Origin: Chrysomallon squamiferum
Taxonomy: Eukaryota; Animalia; Mollusca
Length of the DNA: 64,000 nucleotides
Assembly: GCA_012295275.1 (NCBI GenBank)
Contig: CM022675.1
Location: forward strand, 9,982,001-10,046,000
Direction: 5' to 3'
The first letter of the stretch is position 1. Every line of letters starts with the position of its first letter. Both the position numbers and the translations under genes were made by a program. The notes beneath the pieces were generated by a model. That model worked only from the letters and a program-made list of their open reading frames with translations, had not been told where the DNA came from and did no database searches. Shown here piece after piece: positions 15,504 through 30,568 of this stretch.

Positions 15504-18087
15504 ACATACATACATACACACATTTTAATAGCTTAAACATTTATCTATTTACTCACTAATTAGTTATTTCATACACACCTGAGTATGAATCCAAAACTGG
15601 TAAATTAAATTCAGGTCTGAGTGGATGAGGAAAACAGAAGGTGGAATGCAAAGAGCCATTGGTAAATAAAACACCTGTAATTATAAGATAAAACACCTGT
15701 AATTATAAGTAAAACACCTGTAGTTATAAATTAAACACTTGTAATTATAAATAAAACACCTGCAGTTATAAATATAATACCTGTAATTATAAATACAATA
15801 CCTGTATTTATAAAAAAACACCTGTATTTACAAATAAAACACCTGCAATTATAAATAAAACACCTGTAATTATAAATAAAAAACACCTGCAACTATAAAT
15901 ATAATACCTGTAAATATAAATACAATGCCTGTATTTATAAATAAAACACCTACAATTATAAATATAATACTTGTAATTATAAATATTGTGATGGTCCATG
16001 TATGCTTGTAATGGACCTATGTTCTTCACTCTATGCTAATTAAGACAAGAATGAGAAGTACAAACCCAGGAAGTGTAGTTCTGTAAGACGGACTGTCGGA
16101 GAGCTGTGCTGAAGTTGTAGTCTTCTGAGCTGTGGTGTACTTGGTGAGCTGCCCACATAAAGTTTACTTCTGTTTTTTACAAATAAAATAACAAATATAT
16201 TACCTGGTACACAGTCTAGAATAGGTTTATTTCTGTTTTTAGAAATAAAAGAATAAATATATTACCTGGTATACTGTCTAAAATAGGTTTATGCCTGTTT
16301 ATATATATTAACCTTTACTACTAATAAAGTATGACAATAAAATTGCAAATGCTAGAGTTTTACTTTTTTCTTATGTGATTAAATATTATGGTATTGTGTT
16401 TGAAAAAAGTATAAAAATCTACAATATTTCAGTCTATAAGTAACAGATGTGTTATTTACTGGTCAGACTTTATTATTAGGAAAGTTTGTCAGTACTGTTT
16501 AAGAAACATATTCGTTTATTATTGAACCTATAATACATTAACAAAAATATATCATAAATTCATATGATTATAATTATAAATTTAAAATTTTTATAATATG
16601 GTGTAACATCTGTAAATGTACCACCCAAAACACAAATCAGAAGTGGTCAGTTTAGGGAGGTGCACACTATATGGAAATTTGATCATGTGCCAGAAAAAAT
16701 GTTCAAGGTAATTTTTTTTTTTTTTGACAATAGTATGCCATTACATACATGTACATACATATGTAATACAGCTAAACTGAAAAGATAATACCACATGTAC
16801 GTTTAAAATAAATACACAATAAAATAAAATAAAAATATTTAATCACATAAAATAAAAATAAAAAATTTAAATTTGTTTGGCTGGTGGTTGGATGACATGC
16901 ATCCAATTAAATTAACACATGTGTTAATAAACCAAAACATGTTGATAAACAGGATGACAAACATGGGCATAAAGCTGATGTCTAAGGTCAAAGTATAGTG
17001 TCTGGAGATGGTTGAGTTATAGAATATTAATACAGTTTCAAATCATAGCAATAATTTCAGACTGTGAAAAAAAAATTGTCCATTTAAAGAGGTGGTCAGA
17101 GTTGGAGTTTTGAATGTAATATTAAAAACAAACAAAAAAAATTAGTGACGATACTGACCGTGGGCAAGTCTATGAAACCAGTAGTATCCCAGGTCTTGTC
17201 CAAGAAAACAGAGCCACCAGGTCCAGGGAGAACTCCACGACAGTTCTGTCAGTCTCCAGTTCTCATACACCCAGCAGTACGTCGCCATGGTGACAGACTG
17301 AAGAATAACCCTGAATTATAGGAATACAGGAATGAATGGATAAACAGCCGTTATTGTTACTGAAAAGTTCTGGACATATTTTATTATTATTACAGTGATG
17401 TTACATGAGAGAAAATCTACTCCTGACAATCACAGAACCGATTCCATTCCTTTCAGTGGAATGTTTTTATCGGTTAGCAAAATGAGATCTTTTATATAGC
17501 ACCTTCCCATAAACAGTGAAACATATATCGCAGATCTTGATAAATTAGTATTGGGGTTTGACTAATACATAAAGAAAAAAAGGGAAGAATGTTTTTAACT
17601 ACTGTATAGCTTGTAAAGCCCAATTATTTTTATTATTGCCATATATAATTGTTATTATTTATACCATAGCCATGTTCAAATTATGAAAATTACTGATGTG
17701 TTAATTATGTAAATTATTGATATGTATTAATTATGTAAGTATTGACATGTTAATTATTTAAATCATTCATGTGTTAATTATGTAAATTACAGATAGGTAT
17801 TAATTATGTAAATTACAGATATGCATTAATTAAGTAAATTAATGACATGTTAATTAATGACTGTACACTCACATAGGAAATCTAGAAAAGATGCCAGCAG
17901 CAATGGATGTGATTGCATCATTGACTCGGTATTTGTTGTCTTGTTTTATCACAGACAGAATCAACTCCAGACCGATAAACAGAAAAAAATATGGTGTGGC
18001 CTAAAAAATTAAAAAATAAATAAAATAAATGACACATTGCAAAACTCTAAAACATGTTAGTTGTTGCACAGATATTCTCTGATAAAA

Positions 18088-18122
<35 letters not shown>

Positions 18123-18307
18123 TTATTATATATATATAATATGATATAAACACACACAGATATATACTCACAGACACACAAACTAACATACATACAAACT
18201 ATAACACACACATACACATATATATATATATCCATACACACACATAAATATTATTTATAAAAAAAGTTTGATTTATTCAAGTTTATAATAAAAATAAATA
18301 AATAATA

Positions 18308-18363
<56 letters not shown>

Positions 18364-18418
18364 TATTATTTATTTATTTTTATTATAAACATGAGTTTGA
18401 TATCAGCATTAAAAAAAT

Positions 18419-18465
<47 letters not shown>

Positions 18466-18473
18466 ATAATAAT

Positions 18474-18541
<68 letters not shown>

Positions 18542-18834
18542 TAATAATTTATTAATTAATTATATTTATTTATTTGTGATTATTCTGAAAAAAAAACAGA
18601 ACTACAATTGAATCAAAATAACGAACACCATAACGAATGTAAATGTATTCAGGCCATTTAATTTCTTACGTTATCGCCACGGACAAAAATATTTATAAAA
18701 ATAAAATGTACAGTTACCTCATCTACGATATCGGGAACTTCTCTTGTGTTTGCAAAGCTGGTTTCGTTTGGTGTAACCAAATAAAACATGCGCCGCAACC
18801 CAGTAGTGAAAGGCGCTTTGAAAACTTTATCCAT
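11501..18834 (-). CDS. AGMO: Alkylglycerol monooxygenase (TMEM195), fatty-acid hydroxylase superfamily
   Basis: Eleven phase-consistent exons: 18834-18718, 18000-17873, 17310-17159, 16169-16066, 15674-15579, 15109-14977, 14487-14408, 13745-13611, 13122-13006, 12299-12217 and 11711-11501. Motifs [67 protein letters not shown] and [10 protein letters not shown]. Confidence 0.96.
12590..12975. repeat. Intronic minisatellite, about 27-bp unit (TTTAAATATTAGAATTTTATCAGTGTA)
   Basis: A dozen or more adjacent near-identical copies visible inside an AGMO intron. Confidence 0.85.
15664..15985. repeat. Minisatellite, about 21-bp unit (AAATAAAACACCTGTAATTAT), derived from an AGMO 3' splice junction
   Basis: About 15 copies. 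The reverse complement of the unit is ataattacag|GTGTTTTATTT, which is the acceptor plus the first bases of exon 15674-15579. Confidence 0.9.
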
Positions 18835-19367
18835 GGTTATAAAAAAAAAAAATGTCCGAAACTTGTGTTACTATAAAAACATTAAAACGAAACTTGACCA
18901 AAGGTCGAGTACCGGTGTTATGGTTTTTAAATCCCTATAACGTTTTGCATCGACGGATTATTTGTAGCGTTAGAATTTGCGAAATATACTAATAAATTGT
19001 ATATATGATTAAATTAAAATTAATTTTAAAAATTGGTTTTCTTCCATTTAAAAAAAAATAAAAAATGAACATGATACTAAATATGTATAACTGTCATAGG
19101 GGTATAATATTTCATAGGGATTATTATTCATGAAGACACCGGCTAAATAGCGCCACCTGTAAACAAAATTGGTTATCATTCGTGAACTTCGATTCGCGAT
19201 AAAATGCGTTATCGGTTTGTCAACAAAGTTGTCGTATAAACAGGACAGAGCAAATATTAAGAAAGATTAATTATCGTTATCGTTTTCACTCCTGTATAAA
19301 CTGCACTCTAGATATTGTGACTGGTTTAATTTAATTAAATCTGTATGGAATATGTTTTGGTATTGAA

Positions 19368-19651
19368 CAGTTGCGTGCAGTGGGGGGGACCCTAACCGAA
19401 GGGGCGGTGTCTCCGGGCATCGAAACTGTAGGGGGGGAGGGAGCATCCAATCAGAGAAAAGAACTTAATAAATTTGGTTGATTTATATTTAAACCGAATA
19501 AAGTGTTTATTTTATATTTTATCTGTGCTTACGTATTCAAAATATCTTCCTTTCTGATAATATTTCTCAGTACTAGGCCTCAAACTTGAGTCTTTGGGGC
19601 AGACAATCAAGGAGTTGGTCCCGGGCGTCACCAGACCTCTGCACGCCACTG
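19368..19651. mobile_element. Non-autonomous hAT-type MITE, about 284 bp
   Basis: 13-bp TIRs CAGTTGCGTGCAG ... CTGCACGCCACTG (1 mismatch). Flanking 8-mers GTATTGAA and GGATTGAA (7/8) fit an 8-bp TSD. No transposase ORF. Confidence 0.8.
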
Positions 19652-21114
19652 GGATTGAATGATGATGTGACAGTTTGTAATGATAAATAGATACCAAAAC
19701 GAGTCGCCATTATAGTGTTAGTATTAGTAATATTACTAAACACACTCTGACATTGCCGTTAGTCGATTATGAACATCGATTATTATGGAACATTTGCAAA
19801 ATACATGCACAGTGTTCAACATAACCATAACTGGATGATATAAAGTTGACAAAGTACAAAGTTAATATAAATATATATATAAAATATAAAAAAATAAAAA
19901 TGTCTTCAGTTTCGGTATGAGGCATTTGTCTCAATGTAGTTACGGTAATGTAATAATAATAATAATAACAACAACAACAACAACAAAAAAAAAAAAAAAA
20001 AAAAAAAATAAAATAATAATAAAAAATAAATTGATAAAATAATAAAATAAAATAAAATAAATAAATAAAAACAACTTAATGGGACAAATACGGTTCTGTT
20101 TCTTCGTTATTTTCTTTCTGGTTAATCTGGGCTACTTTTGATATATGGGATATATATCAGTTTGACTGATAACAAATATATGTTGTCAACGACTTTATCA
20201 TGAGGTGCTGGTAGTGGTTTATTATTTATTTATTTATTTATTTATGTATTTATGTATTATTATTATTATTATTTTAATTATTAATATATTATTATTAATA
20301 TATTATTATTACTATTAGTATATTATTTTTATTATATTATTATTATTATATTATTATTATTATTACTATTACTTTATTATTATTATATTATTATTATTAT
20401 TACTATTACTTTATTATTATTATTATTATTATTATTATGTTATTATTATTGATGCTAGCAGATTTGTTTGTCTCTCAATTTGTCTCGCAATTTGTCTGTT
20501 CATCTCTCTCGTATAAGCCTATTATCAGTCCACATATTTATACTGTTTACCCTCGATTTCATGGACCAAATCTGAATAAAATCACAATTTTTGAACTTAT
20601 CGTCACCTCCCACTTGGAACCTTATCTCTAGGTAGTATTAATTATTCTGAGTCCAACAATACAGTCAAGACAACCCCCTTTATCTATCAAGGTAAGAGTA
20701 AATTTTACAACTGCACCCATAACCATCCTAACCCTGACAAACTTCGGCCTACATATCTGTTTACATACACTGCATGACATTTGTTTAAATTTAGGTTTTT
20801 TCTCTGTATGTTATTTTCACATTAAGGTATTATATAGTTGCTATGTGTACTAAAGTTTAATGTTTACGGTTAATGTTAACATTCGTGATTTCCCAGAGTT
20901 TTGTATTTTCCGGACAGGTGTTGCCTTCTATTGGTCCGTGAACAGTATATCTATATCTGTATCATTAATCTATCTGTGTTTATATCATGTATCTATCCGT
21001 CTGTTTGTCCACACATCTGTCCATGTCTGTATCACCATTTAAATCTATAGAACTCTCTTTGTCTCTATCTGTCTTTTTCTTTCTCTGTCACTTTCTAGTT
21101 CGTTGTTTTTCCAT

Positions 21115-21224
<110 letters not shown>

Positions 21225-21668
21225 CTCTCACTAATCAGTCTAGGGTATGTATATTTTTAGTTTTATTTTATATTTTCCCCTATATTGTTATTTTTAATTT
21301 GCCGCTGATATTAATCTTTTTTATTTGACTTTTGTATTTATTGTCTTTGGTCTGAGTGCACTGCTGCACATTATCAGTTTATTTAGTTACTAGACAATTA
21401 ATCTACTATTAACAGTAAAACACAAAATAACAAAAGATAATTTAAACAAAATATTATCAAATGAAAAGGTCGATAAGATCAATAATGCTTATAAGATTAA
21501 TGCCGGTAAAACGACAGACGAACATTAAAAAAAAGAAAAAAAGAGAAAGAAGAAAAAAGCATCAAGAGATCGATAGATGGAACGAGACAGAGACAGAGAC
21601 AAATGGAAAGATGGATGGTGAATAGGCACACACACACACACCTACAAACATATATATGTAGATAGATA

Positions 21669-21786
<118 letters not shown>

Positions 21787-22377
21787 TGGATAATCAAACA
21801 GGCGTACAGACGAGCAGGTGTGTAGGTAGACAGAGAAATGGGCAGGCACATTGAAATGACTGATATAGAGAAATAAAAGATAAACAAAAAGAAACTGTCA
21901 CCAGAGATAAAGACATTTGGGATTTGGGATTTATTTCATAAACATAAACAGAACAATGTGAATGCAGAAATCAATAATCTTAATACAACTGCAAAAACAA
22001 ATAAAAAAAAAAAAAAAAAAAAGTTCCAGAAACTCTGACAAATCTGTCATTTACATAAATTCTCTTCATCGCCAGATCAACAGACGAAATCACCAGCTGC
22101 GTCCTCAGTAAGATTGTCTCCCCTTTCAAAAACCTTTCCATTAATACTGATTATAAACTAATAAATACAAAAAACAGTAACTCGATTAATAAATAACAAG
22201 ATTATTTTTAATAAATATTTTCAACCCCTGACAACACTGGTAGATTTTATCCTGAAGTGTCGTCTATCGTTTGTAAGACAGTATTTTTATTTGGCTTAAA
22301 ACAAAACATAATTAATACGCGGTAATAATACTCTGGAAGCTTGGCGCCAGCAGACGACATTTCTGTTCCGTGACGCT

Positions 22378-23259
22378 TCAGTGTGTGGGGGATCGCGAAG
22401 CGGTTCCGAAAGGCGACGGATACAGCCGAAGCCACGGAACGTTTCTTCGGTATCCGTATTTCCCGTTGTATCCAGTCACTGGCTTTATCCCTTGCATGAA
22501 CTGCGCATGTCCATCACGTAGTTCGGCGGAATGTCCTGTGGGAGGGGTAAAAAAATAATAAAAAAATAAAATAAAATAAAAATAAAAAAAAAATTAAAAA
22601 TAAAAATAAAAATAAAAATAAAAATAAAAATAAAAATTAGATATATAAAGATTTAATAATAATAATAATAATTGTTTTGTAATTTAGGTGTTACTATTAC
22701 TACTACTGTTACTACTAATACTACTACCACCACGACTACCATTACACCCAGTGAACTACCACTTCTATTTACGTACATTAATATTACAAATTATATTATT
22801 ACTACTGCAACTACTAGCACACCTGCTACTACTTCTATTACTATTGCTACTGCTGCTACTACTACTACCATTTTATAACCACTTGTACTACTACTACTAC
22901 TACTGCTATTACTACAATTGCTGCTGCTGTTTCTACTCCTCCTCATCATCCTTCTACTACTAATACCACCACCACCACAACAACAACCTCCACCATCACT
23001 ACCACCGCCACTATTGCTAGAACGAATTTTTCTAATATAACTACCATTGCAAGTAGAACAATGATGATATTTCTACATCTACTACTACTGGTACTACTTC
23101 TACTTCTACTACTACCACTACTACTATTTTACTACTACTACTACTACTATTACTGCTACTGCTACTACTACTACTATACAGAGGCAAATAACAGAGAACC
23201 CAAATATTTTAAATTCCTCTACTCTTACCTCGCCAAATCTACTACTACTACTACTACTT

Positions 23260-23342
<83 letters not shown>

Positions 23343-23955
23343 TACAGAGGCAAAAATAACAGACAACCCGAGTATTTTAAATTCGTCTGTTCTTACCTGC
23401 TCCAAATCTGTTTCGTAGTGAAATGTACTGGAAGCCAGCGCCATGTTCATGAAAAGAATCCATCACTTTTCCTTCAATCGAGCACCCGCCATTGTCCTAA
23501 AATAGCAGAGAAAGAAAATTTAGTCGTTTAAAAAAAATTTTTTTTTTTTTTTTTAAATCCACCAGACCGTAAAATTTTCCTTTGACGTTGAAATCTTCAC
23601 CATTGCGCATCTTCACGTTAATTTGGTGTGTAACGGGCGGCATCAGTCCTCCATGTTGTTCTTTTTTCACGTTCCAACCCAGTGCGCAGAGAAGTTTTTT
23701 TTATTACCGTAGTGTATATGATTTTCTGTCTTGGTGCACGTAAATGTATTTTTTATAAAAAGAAACCTTGCTGTTTGAAGAAAAGTGCAGTTAAAAGCGT
23801 TCTCTCTGATAAAAAATGCAGATAAAAAAAAATATATAAATAAAAAAAAAAATAAAAAAAAAAATAAAATAAATAAATAAATAAAAAATAAAATAATAAA
23901 AATAAAAATAAAATAAAGTACTGAAATACAAAAAAACTATCCCAAATTAACATTC

Positions 23956-24005
<50 letters not shown>

Positions 24006-25679
24006 GCATTACTCCCCCATGAAAAAAATAAAAATAATAATAATAAAAAATAAAAAAAATAAATAAAAAATAAAAAATCATTTTACCAAAATGTTACTGA
24101 CTTATGTTAGAAATATTATAGATTTTTTTATTTCTTTTTTTCTTGGGGTTTTTGTTTGGCCACACTGCCACAAAAACATTAAATACCAGTATTTGTTGGA
24201 CATGATATTTCATTTCGTTCTTCATCGGCGTCTTCGTTTTCTCCATCTCTTCTTTGGTAGTCTTTTTTTCATCACCGTTTTCTTTGTATTCATCAACATC
24301 ATCATCACCATCATCATCGTCATCGAAATCATCATTTTTGTGAATACGACAAACGTAACTGAATATCTGATTGTGTTTTTTTTTTTTTTTTTTTTATTCG
24401 TTATGAAGTGTATTACGAAAGCCCATATAGTAAGATCGATTTTATCTGGAACGGATCTTACTGGCAATATCGTTGTTGCGTCCACAACAGACGTACTTGA
24501 ACCTTTTATATATATATATATATAATTACACACTTAAACATTTGAATTAAAACAGACAGAGATTCATAGTCATGTGTGTGCGTGTGTTTGTGTGTGTGTG
24601 TTTGGCTGTGTATTTTATGTACATTAACCGCTGATATCATATATTATATATATATATAAAACGTTGCATTAACGATATATTAAGTAAACGAAAGACACTT
24701 AGTGTTATGATTTACAGAATGTATTCTGACAAGTTAGTAAATATAGCAATCGTAACGGTCGTGGCGTTGACCGAGTCTTTCATACGAAAACACGCGAAAC
24801 CTTGAACGAAAGTAGACGAAAATTAAAAAAAAGAAAAGAAAATACGACAGTAAAAATAGAAATAATAAATTTTATTCTGTCTGTGGTTAATGACAGGATT
24901 GAAAAGTACTGTTAGACTGTCTACAGTTGTTTCTTTTTATAACCACCTCTTTTTGTATTGTTAATTACATTTTTTTTTTTTTTTCTGTTTTCATTAACAT
25001 TTTTTTTTTTTTTTTTTTAATTTTTTTTTATCATATTGGCCAGTTTATAGTGAGACGTTTTATTTTTATTATTTCATTTATTTATTTCATTTATTTATTT
25101 ATTTATTTATTCATTTATTTATCTGATCCTTATGATGATAACGAAAACTGCCAGCCGAAAACAGAAACGCGTTCATACAAGCTGAATAATTTAGAAAGGA
25201 AATCCTTTAATTACATCAGAGTTTTATTTAAAAGTTAACGATCGCTGTAAACGCAATGTACAGTCGGTCTACAGGAGAAGTTGTAGCGTGACTGGCAGTC
25301 GTACAGTTTACACTGCTCATAAAAATTTAATAAAAATGTACGGGCAAAGTGCCATGTAGACAGTTCTGTTCCATTGATTTGTTTTGACGATACACCTCTG
25401 TTTGATAGATGGGCAGCGTAAGGTAAATTACAGGTATTCAGAGGTTAAAAAAAATACAGGTATTGTGAGGTAAAAAAAAAGTACAGGTTATTATTATTAT
25501 TATTTTTTATTTTTTTTTTTCTTCTTTAAAAGACTGGAGAATAGATTTGTTCATTACAGGTTTTTTGTATTATGTAGGAAAATGAAACGTTAGAGAAAGA
25601 ATTCGTTTAATTTATAAGACGTGTTTTTTTTTTTTTTTTTTTTTTTTTTTCAGAATTTTTAAATAACAGGTGCCTATTT

Positions 25680-25714
<35 letters not shown>

Positions 25715-25877
25715 ACGTATGTATGTATATATGTATGTATGTGTATATGTATGTATATATGTATATATGTATATATGTATGTATGCATGTATGTATTATG
25801 TTTGTATGTATTGTGTTTGTATGTATTATCTATGTATATTTGTGTACCTGCATTTGCATGTACTTGAGTACGTATTT

Positions 25878-25925
<48 letters not shown>

Positions 25926-26600
25926 TACATTAAATATGGAGTATTTTGGTTTGTCATTTTACTCATAACTGCTGTTATTATTGATTTTATGTTCTTAAAC
26001 TCTTCTTATTTATTTATTTATTTATTTCAAAGATATCTTGTCAGTGTAAACACTTTTATCGCTTTTGATTCGGGAACTGATAGAAACGATGACTCATACA
26101 TAAAACGTAATAATATAATAAAACTAAATTGACTGAAAAAATTCATAACTGAAAATTGAAACAGTGGAAAAACTGAAATGTATTAGTCATAAATGTGAAA
26201 TATTAGCATTCACAGACAAACGCTGTACATAATTCTTGCATATCATACATTTTTATTAATAGACGTTTATAATGATAAGGTAATTCAATTTAATACTTTC
26301 CTACTTGTTGTGGTGGAAGATACAGTTTGGATGCATTGTTTAATAAAACAATTATAAGGCACAGATGTACATCAAATGAATTATAATAAGTGTTAAATTT
26401 TAATATACAAAATTTCAAAGAAGGAAAAATCATTTTTATCGTTTTTAAAGCTGTACTTATAATATTATTTAATATAATGTTTACTGTAATTATGATTTTT
26501 GTATTTAAATTTAAAAAAAAATATAAAAATGGAGATAAATTACATGATATATTTGTACTGGGATGGGAAGTGATTTTTTTTTCCTTCTCCATATTTTAGC

Positions 26601-26656
<56 letters not shown>

Positions 26657-27330
26657 AGATTTATAAAACAAAACAAAACAAAAACAAACAAAACAAAAAA
26701 AACACACTTAAAACACAATGTCATCCAACCTCAAACATTACACAAATATATTAATTCTATTTACAACGAAACACTCAAATGAATGTAGTAAATCGGGAGG
26801 TTAACCGGAAAGTCATTAATGTTCGTTAAACTTCGGATAGGTTCGGGGACGATTAAGAATTTCAAGGTTAAAACTTTTTTGAAAAACTAATCTGAATTAT
26901 TTGAGCTACAAAAGATTTCTGGCTACTTTCAAACGTTTCCGAAAAACGAAAAAATAATCTGTTTAAATAAAATAAAACTAATTCAAAAAGTTGTTTGCAA
27001 TCTTCGTTCAGGTCAAATCGAACCTACCCGAAGGTTTCCGAACATACACGATTATAAAATTCATGTCTATTTACATAATGGGAACCGGAACAAATACGTG
27101 GGTCAAGGGCATTCTAAAAATAAATTAGGACTTAAACCTAACGCTCCAGGTAATCTGAGGGGGAAAACGTTTATATAACCGAACTGAGGGCATAATTAGA
27201 GTATATTTATAAGAAGGAGAAAATGCTAATGTTATGGATCATAGAGGTAATAATAATAATAACAGAAAATCATTTTCCCGACAATAAAGATATATACGTA
27301 CCCCACACACTTTAATAAGAATAGTAATAA

Positions 27331-27374
<44 letters not shown>

Positions 27375-27384
27375 TTATTAATAC

Positions 27385-27460
<76 letters not shown>

Positions 27461-27886
27461 AAAGAGGTATGATATACGACCAGATCTATGAATGTTATTC
27501 ACTCGAACTAAAGGATAATTTACAAATATTAATTAATTAATTAATTAATTAATTAAACGGTTAATTAAATGACTCACCTGCTTCGTGTTTTTCAGGGTTT
27601 TGTCTACTCCGTAGAACTGAAAATAAGGCTTAACGAATTTATCGTGTTGTGAATTATAAGGGGGGATAACCGGCCCCAGTTTGGGGTTCGCTTTAGAATA
27701 ATCATTAGATATAGAACTAACTGCGTTACAATCAAGAACAAATGTCTTTTCTTTCTCCAGAAGAACTGGGGGCGGGGGAGTGGGTGGGGTGCGGTATATC
27801 TTGTTCTCTCGGCGTGGCGATTTCTGTCTGGGGCTCCTGGGGGACCTCTCTTCTGATGTCCCTCGGGGTGATTTGTCGTCCGGCAT
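22378..27886 (-). CDS. SPMAP1: C17orf98/SPMAP1-like sperm/ciliary microtubule-associated protein (complete copy, module C plus C-terminal exons)
   Basis: Exons 27886-27578, 23496-23397 and 22535-22378 join in phase 0 and phase 1. Translation EKTFVLDCNAV..PKLGPVIPPYNSQHD..YFQ..DNGGCSIEGKVMD..GFQYISLRNRFGAGHS..IKPVTGYNGKYGYRRNVPWLR matches human C17orf98 as I recall it (EKGFILDGVAV, IPPYNAQQD, RNWAGTGHS, GFNGRFGYRRNTP). Confidence 0.9.
26821..27043. mobile_element. Degenerate inverted-repeat (MITE-like) element
   Basis: GTTCGTTAAACTTCGGATAGGTTCG (26821-26845) pairs imperfectly with CGAACCTACCCGAAGGTTTCCGAAC (about 27019-27043). No clear TSD. Confidence 0.45.
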
Positions 27887-28608
27887 TATTGAACTTTCCT
27901 GTTTTGATGATCGCTTTCTTCTTCAAGGTTTGTTTATCTGGAAAGAAAATGTTCAAGTGAAGAAGTTCTCTGTGTAATATCTCTCGTTATAGTCAGTCTA
28001 TGAAAAACAGTTCGGTTTTTTTGTTTATCGCAGTTTTTCGATTTAAAGAACAGTTCTGTCAAACGCAGTTAAAAACACACAAACAACAATCCAAGCCTCC
28101 TGTGTGTGTTGTATGTATCTCTACCCCCTTATTTTCCGTACAACAAATTCACAACATCCAGTCGTAACTTATTTTATAAAATTATAATAATATTTATAAT
28201 CGGGGTTAGACGGTGTCGACAACCGCAACACATACGTCAGAAGCGTGTTTGTTAAACACTGTATAATCCTCGGTTGCTACGAAGCCAACGACTCGCTAAA
28301 TCTCGCATTATTCACAAACGACCGGTGATCAGTGCATTTCCCTTGAAAGCAGCCGCATTGAAAGCGCGTGTTTTGGCTTGTCGACGGCGACACAACCTAA
28401 TCGTTTGTTAATACTACGCTTTTAAGAGACTCGCGCATTATGTCAAGCTATTCTTTGGCGCGTTTACGTACATTGTGTTACACAGTTAGAGGTGGCCAGC
28501 TCACAATGGTCCCCTTCTAAGCCGATAGCCACAAAGCGTGAAGAACAATACGGCTTGAATGGCAAGAAAAAGGGGCATAAAAAAAATACCTTGTTGTGTA
28601 GGGTAGAA

Positions 28609-28642
<34 letters not shown>

Positions 28643-29187
28643 ATATATATAAACACCTTTTGAAAATATACTTAATGGAATTGTCTGTGGTAAATAAGGT
28701 GATATTAAGAATGGTATTGAATATGGTTTACTGTCTGTATGAATTTGTGATTGTGTACAGAGGGTTAGAAAGCATGTGAGAAACAGTGTCTGTATATGCG
28801 TAATAAAATGATTTAAAAATGCATGTGTATAGCCTTTTACAAGTATATATTATACTACAACAATATGTTTTTATGGATATATGTGCCTTTTCTTTTATTC
28901 GTTTAAAATTTTATTTCTCTTTTTTTTCTACATACATGCGTGTTTATTTTTTTCTTGAGTATGAGTGTGCCTATTTAAATGCATACATACATACACATAT
29001 ATACATATACAGACATACATGCGTACATACATACATACATACATACATTTGCCTTTATGCGAATATATCTGTTGTTTTTATTTATGGATATTACATACAG
29101 GTGCACATGCCTGTTTCAATGAGTGTTAATATGTTTATCTGTTATAATAATGTGTGTTTGTGCATGCATGTTAATATTTCATCATCA

Positions 29188-29221
<34 letters not shown>

Positions 29222-29312
29222 ACATTAATGATTGCATTTACGTATCAGTGAGTGCAAGTATATAAACCAAAGAGATCTGGATCGAATACTCGCCATTATT
29301 ATTCTTTTTTTG

Positions 29313-29366
<54 letters not shown>

Positions 29367-29986
29367 TTAGTGTTTGCAGCAGCAGTATAGTCATAACAGG
29401 CTCCTAACACTAGAAATAATAAAACCAGAATAATGGTATTTAATTAATTTGAATGTGACGACAAAGTAATATTTTAACACGGGGAACAAATGAATTATGA
29501 CACCTTCAAGCAAAGCAAATTAAAGCAATGAGTTATGAGCTGGTTTTCTTGTCATATTAATTACTCAGTGAGCAGTTCGCGAAGCCTCTTGTTACTGGGA
29601 ATGCCCCCGTTTGTCCCCTCTCTCTCTCACCCCCTCTCTCTCTCTCCCCTCTCTCTCTCTCTCCTTGTACTGGTTGGACATAAGCCCGTATTAACCCTTT
29701 TGGCGACACAAACTATAATCGTTCTCTAAGTCACATATGGTAACGTCAAGATCGCAGATAAATGGTTAATTATCGTGTATTGTTTGGTATTTATCACTAA
29801 GCCTATTACTTTAATTCCCGCAAGACTTAGCTGTTATTTAATTCTTAACTCGCTAACAAAATAAATAAGTCCTCTCTGGATCATACTTTTATATAACTGT
29901 CATTCTTTCTCTCGTTCTGTGTCTATCATTCTGTCATTGTCGTTTTCTCTCTCAATCTCTCTCAATCTCTCGTCCTCTTACTCTCT

Positions 29987-30068
<82 letters not shown>

Positions 30069-30409
30069 TTTAAATATGCATGGAATATATGTATATCTAT
30101 CTGTTTGTCTGTCTGTCTATCTATATATCTATCTGCATATTTGACATTATAGACGTACCAATATTCTACACAAAATGAGATTGATCCAATGTTCCAAGAG
30201 TTATTTCCCTTAGTAAAATTAATTTTTAATTATTAATGCAACTACTTGATCATCTTACATAATAATAACAGAAACAGTAGTAAATAAAAGAATGAATGAA
30301 TAAATAAATATATAACAACAAAAACAATAATAATAATATGATTGTTATTAATGTTATTATTATTTTATAATTATTATTAATACTTAAATGCTTCTTCTCT
30401 CTCTCTCTC

Positions 30410-30485
30410 TGTCTGTCTATCTATCTATCTATATCTGTCTTTGTGTCTGTTGATCTGTCTATCTATCTATCTATCTATCTGTCTG

Positions 30486-30568
<83 letters not shown>

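Noticed and set aside
12590-15985. Regular direct repeats resembling a CRISPR array
   Set aside because: The units are adjacent with no unique spacers, lie in eukaryotic introns, and there are no cas genes.
17281-17294. RFX X-box-like palindrome GTCGCCATGGTGAC
   Set aside because: It lies inside an AGMO coding exon (VTMAT) and is explained by the codons.
27887-27956. Fusion of modules A or B into module C to give one multi-repeat protein
   Set aside because: Joining to the 27937 acceptor gives a stop in both phase 0 (ATA AAC AAA CCT TGA) and phase 2 (AGA TAA).
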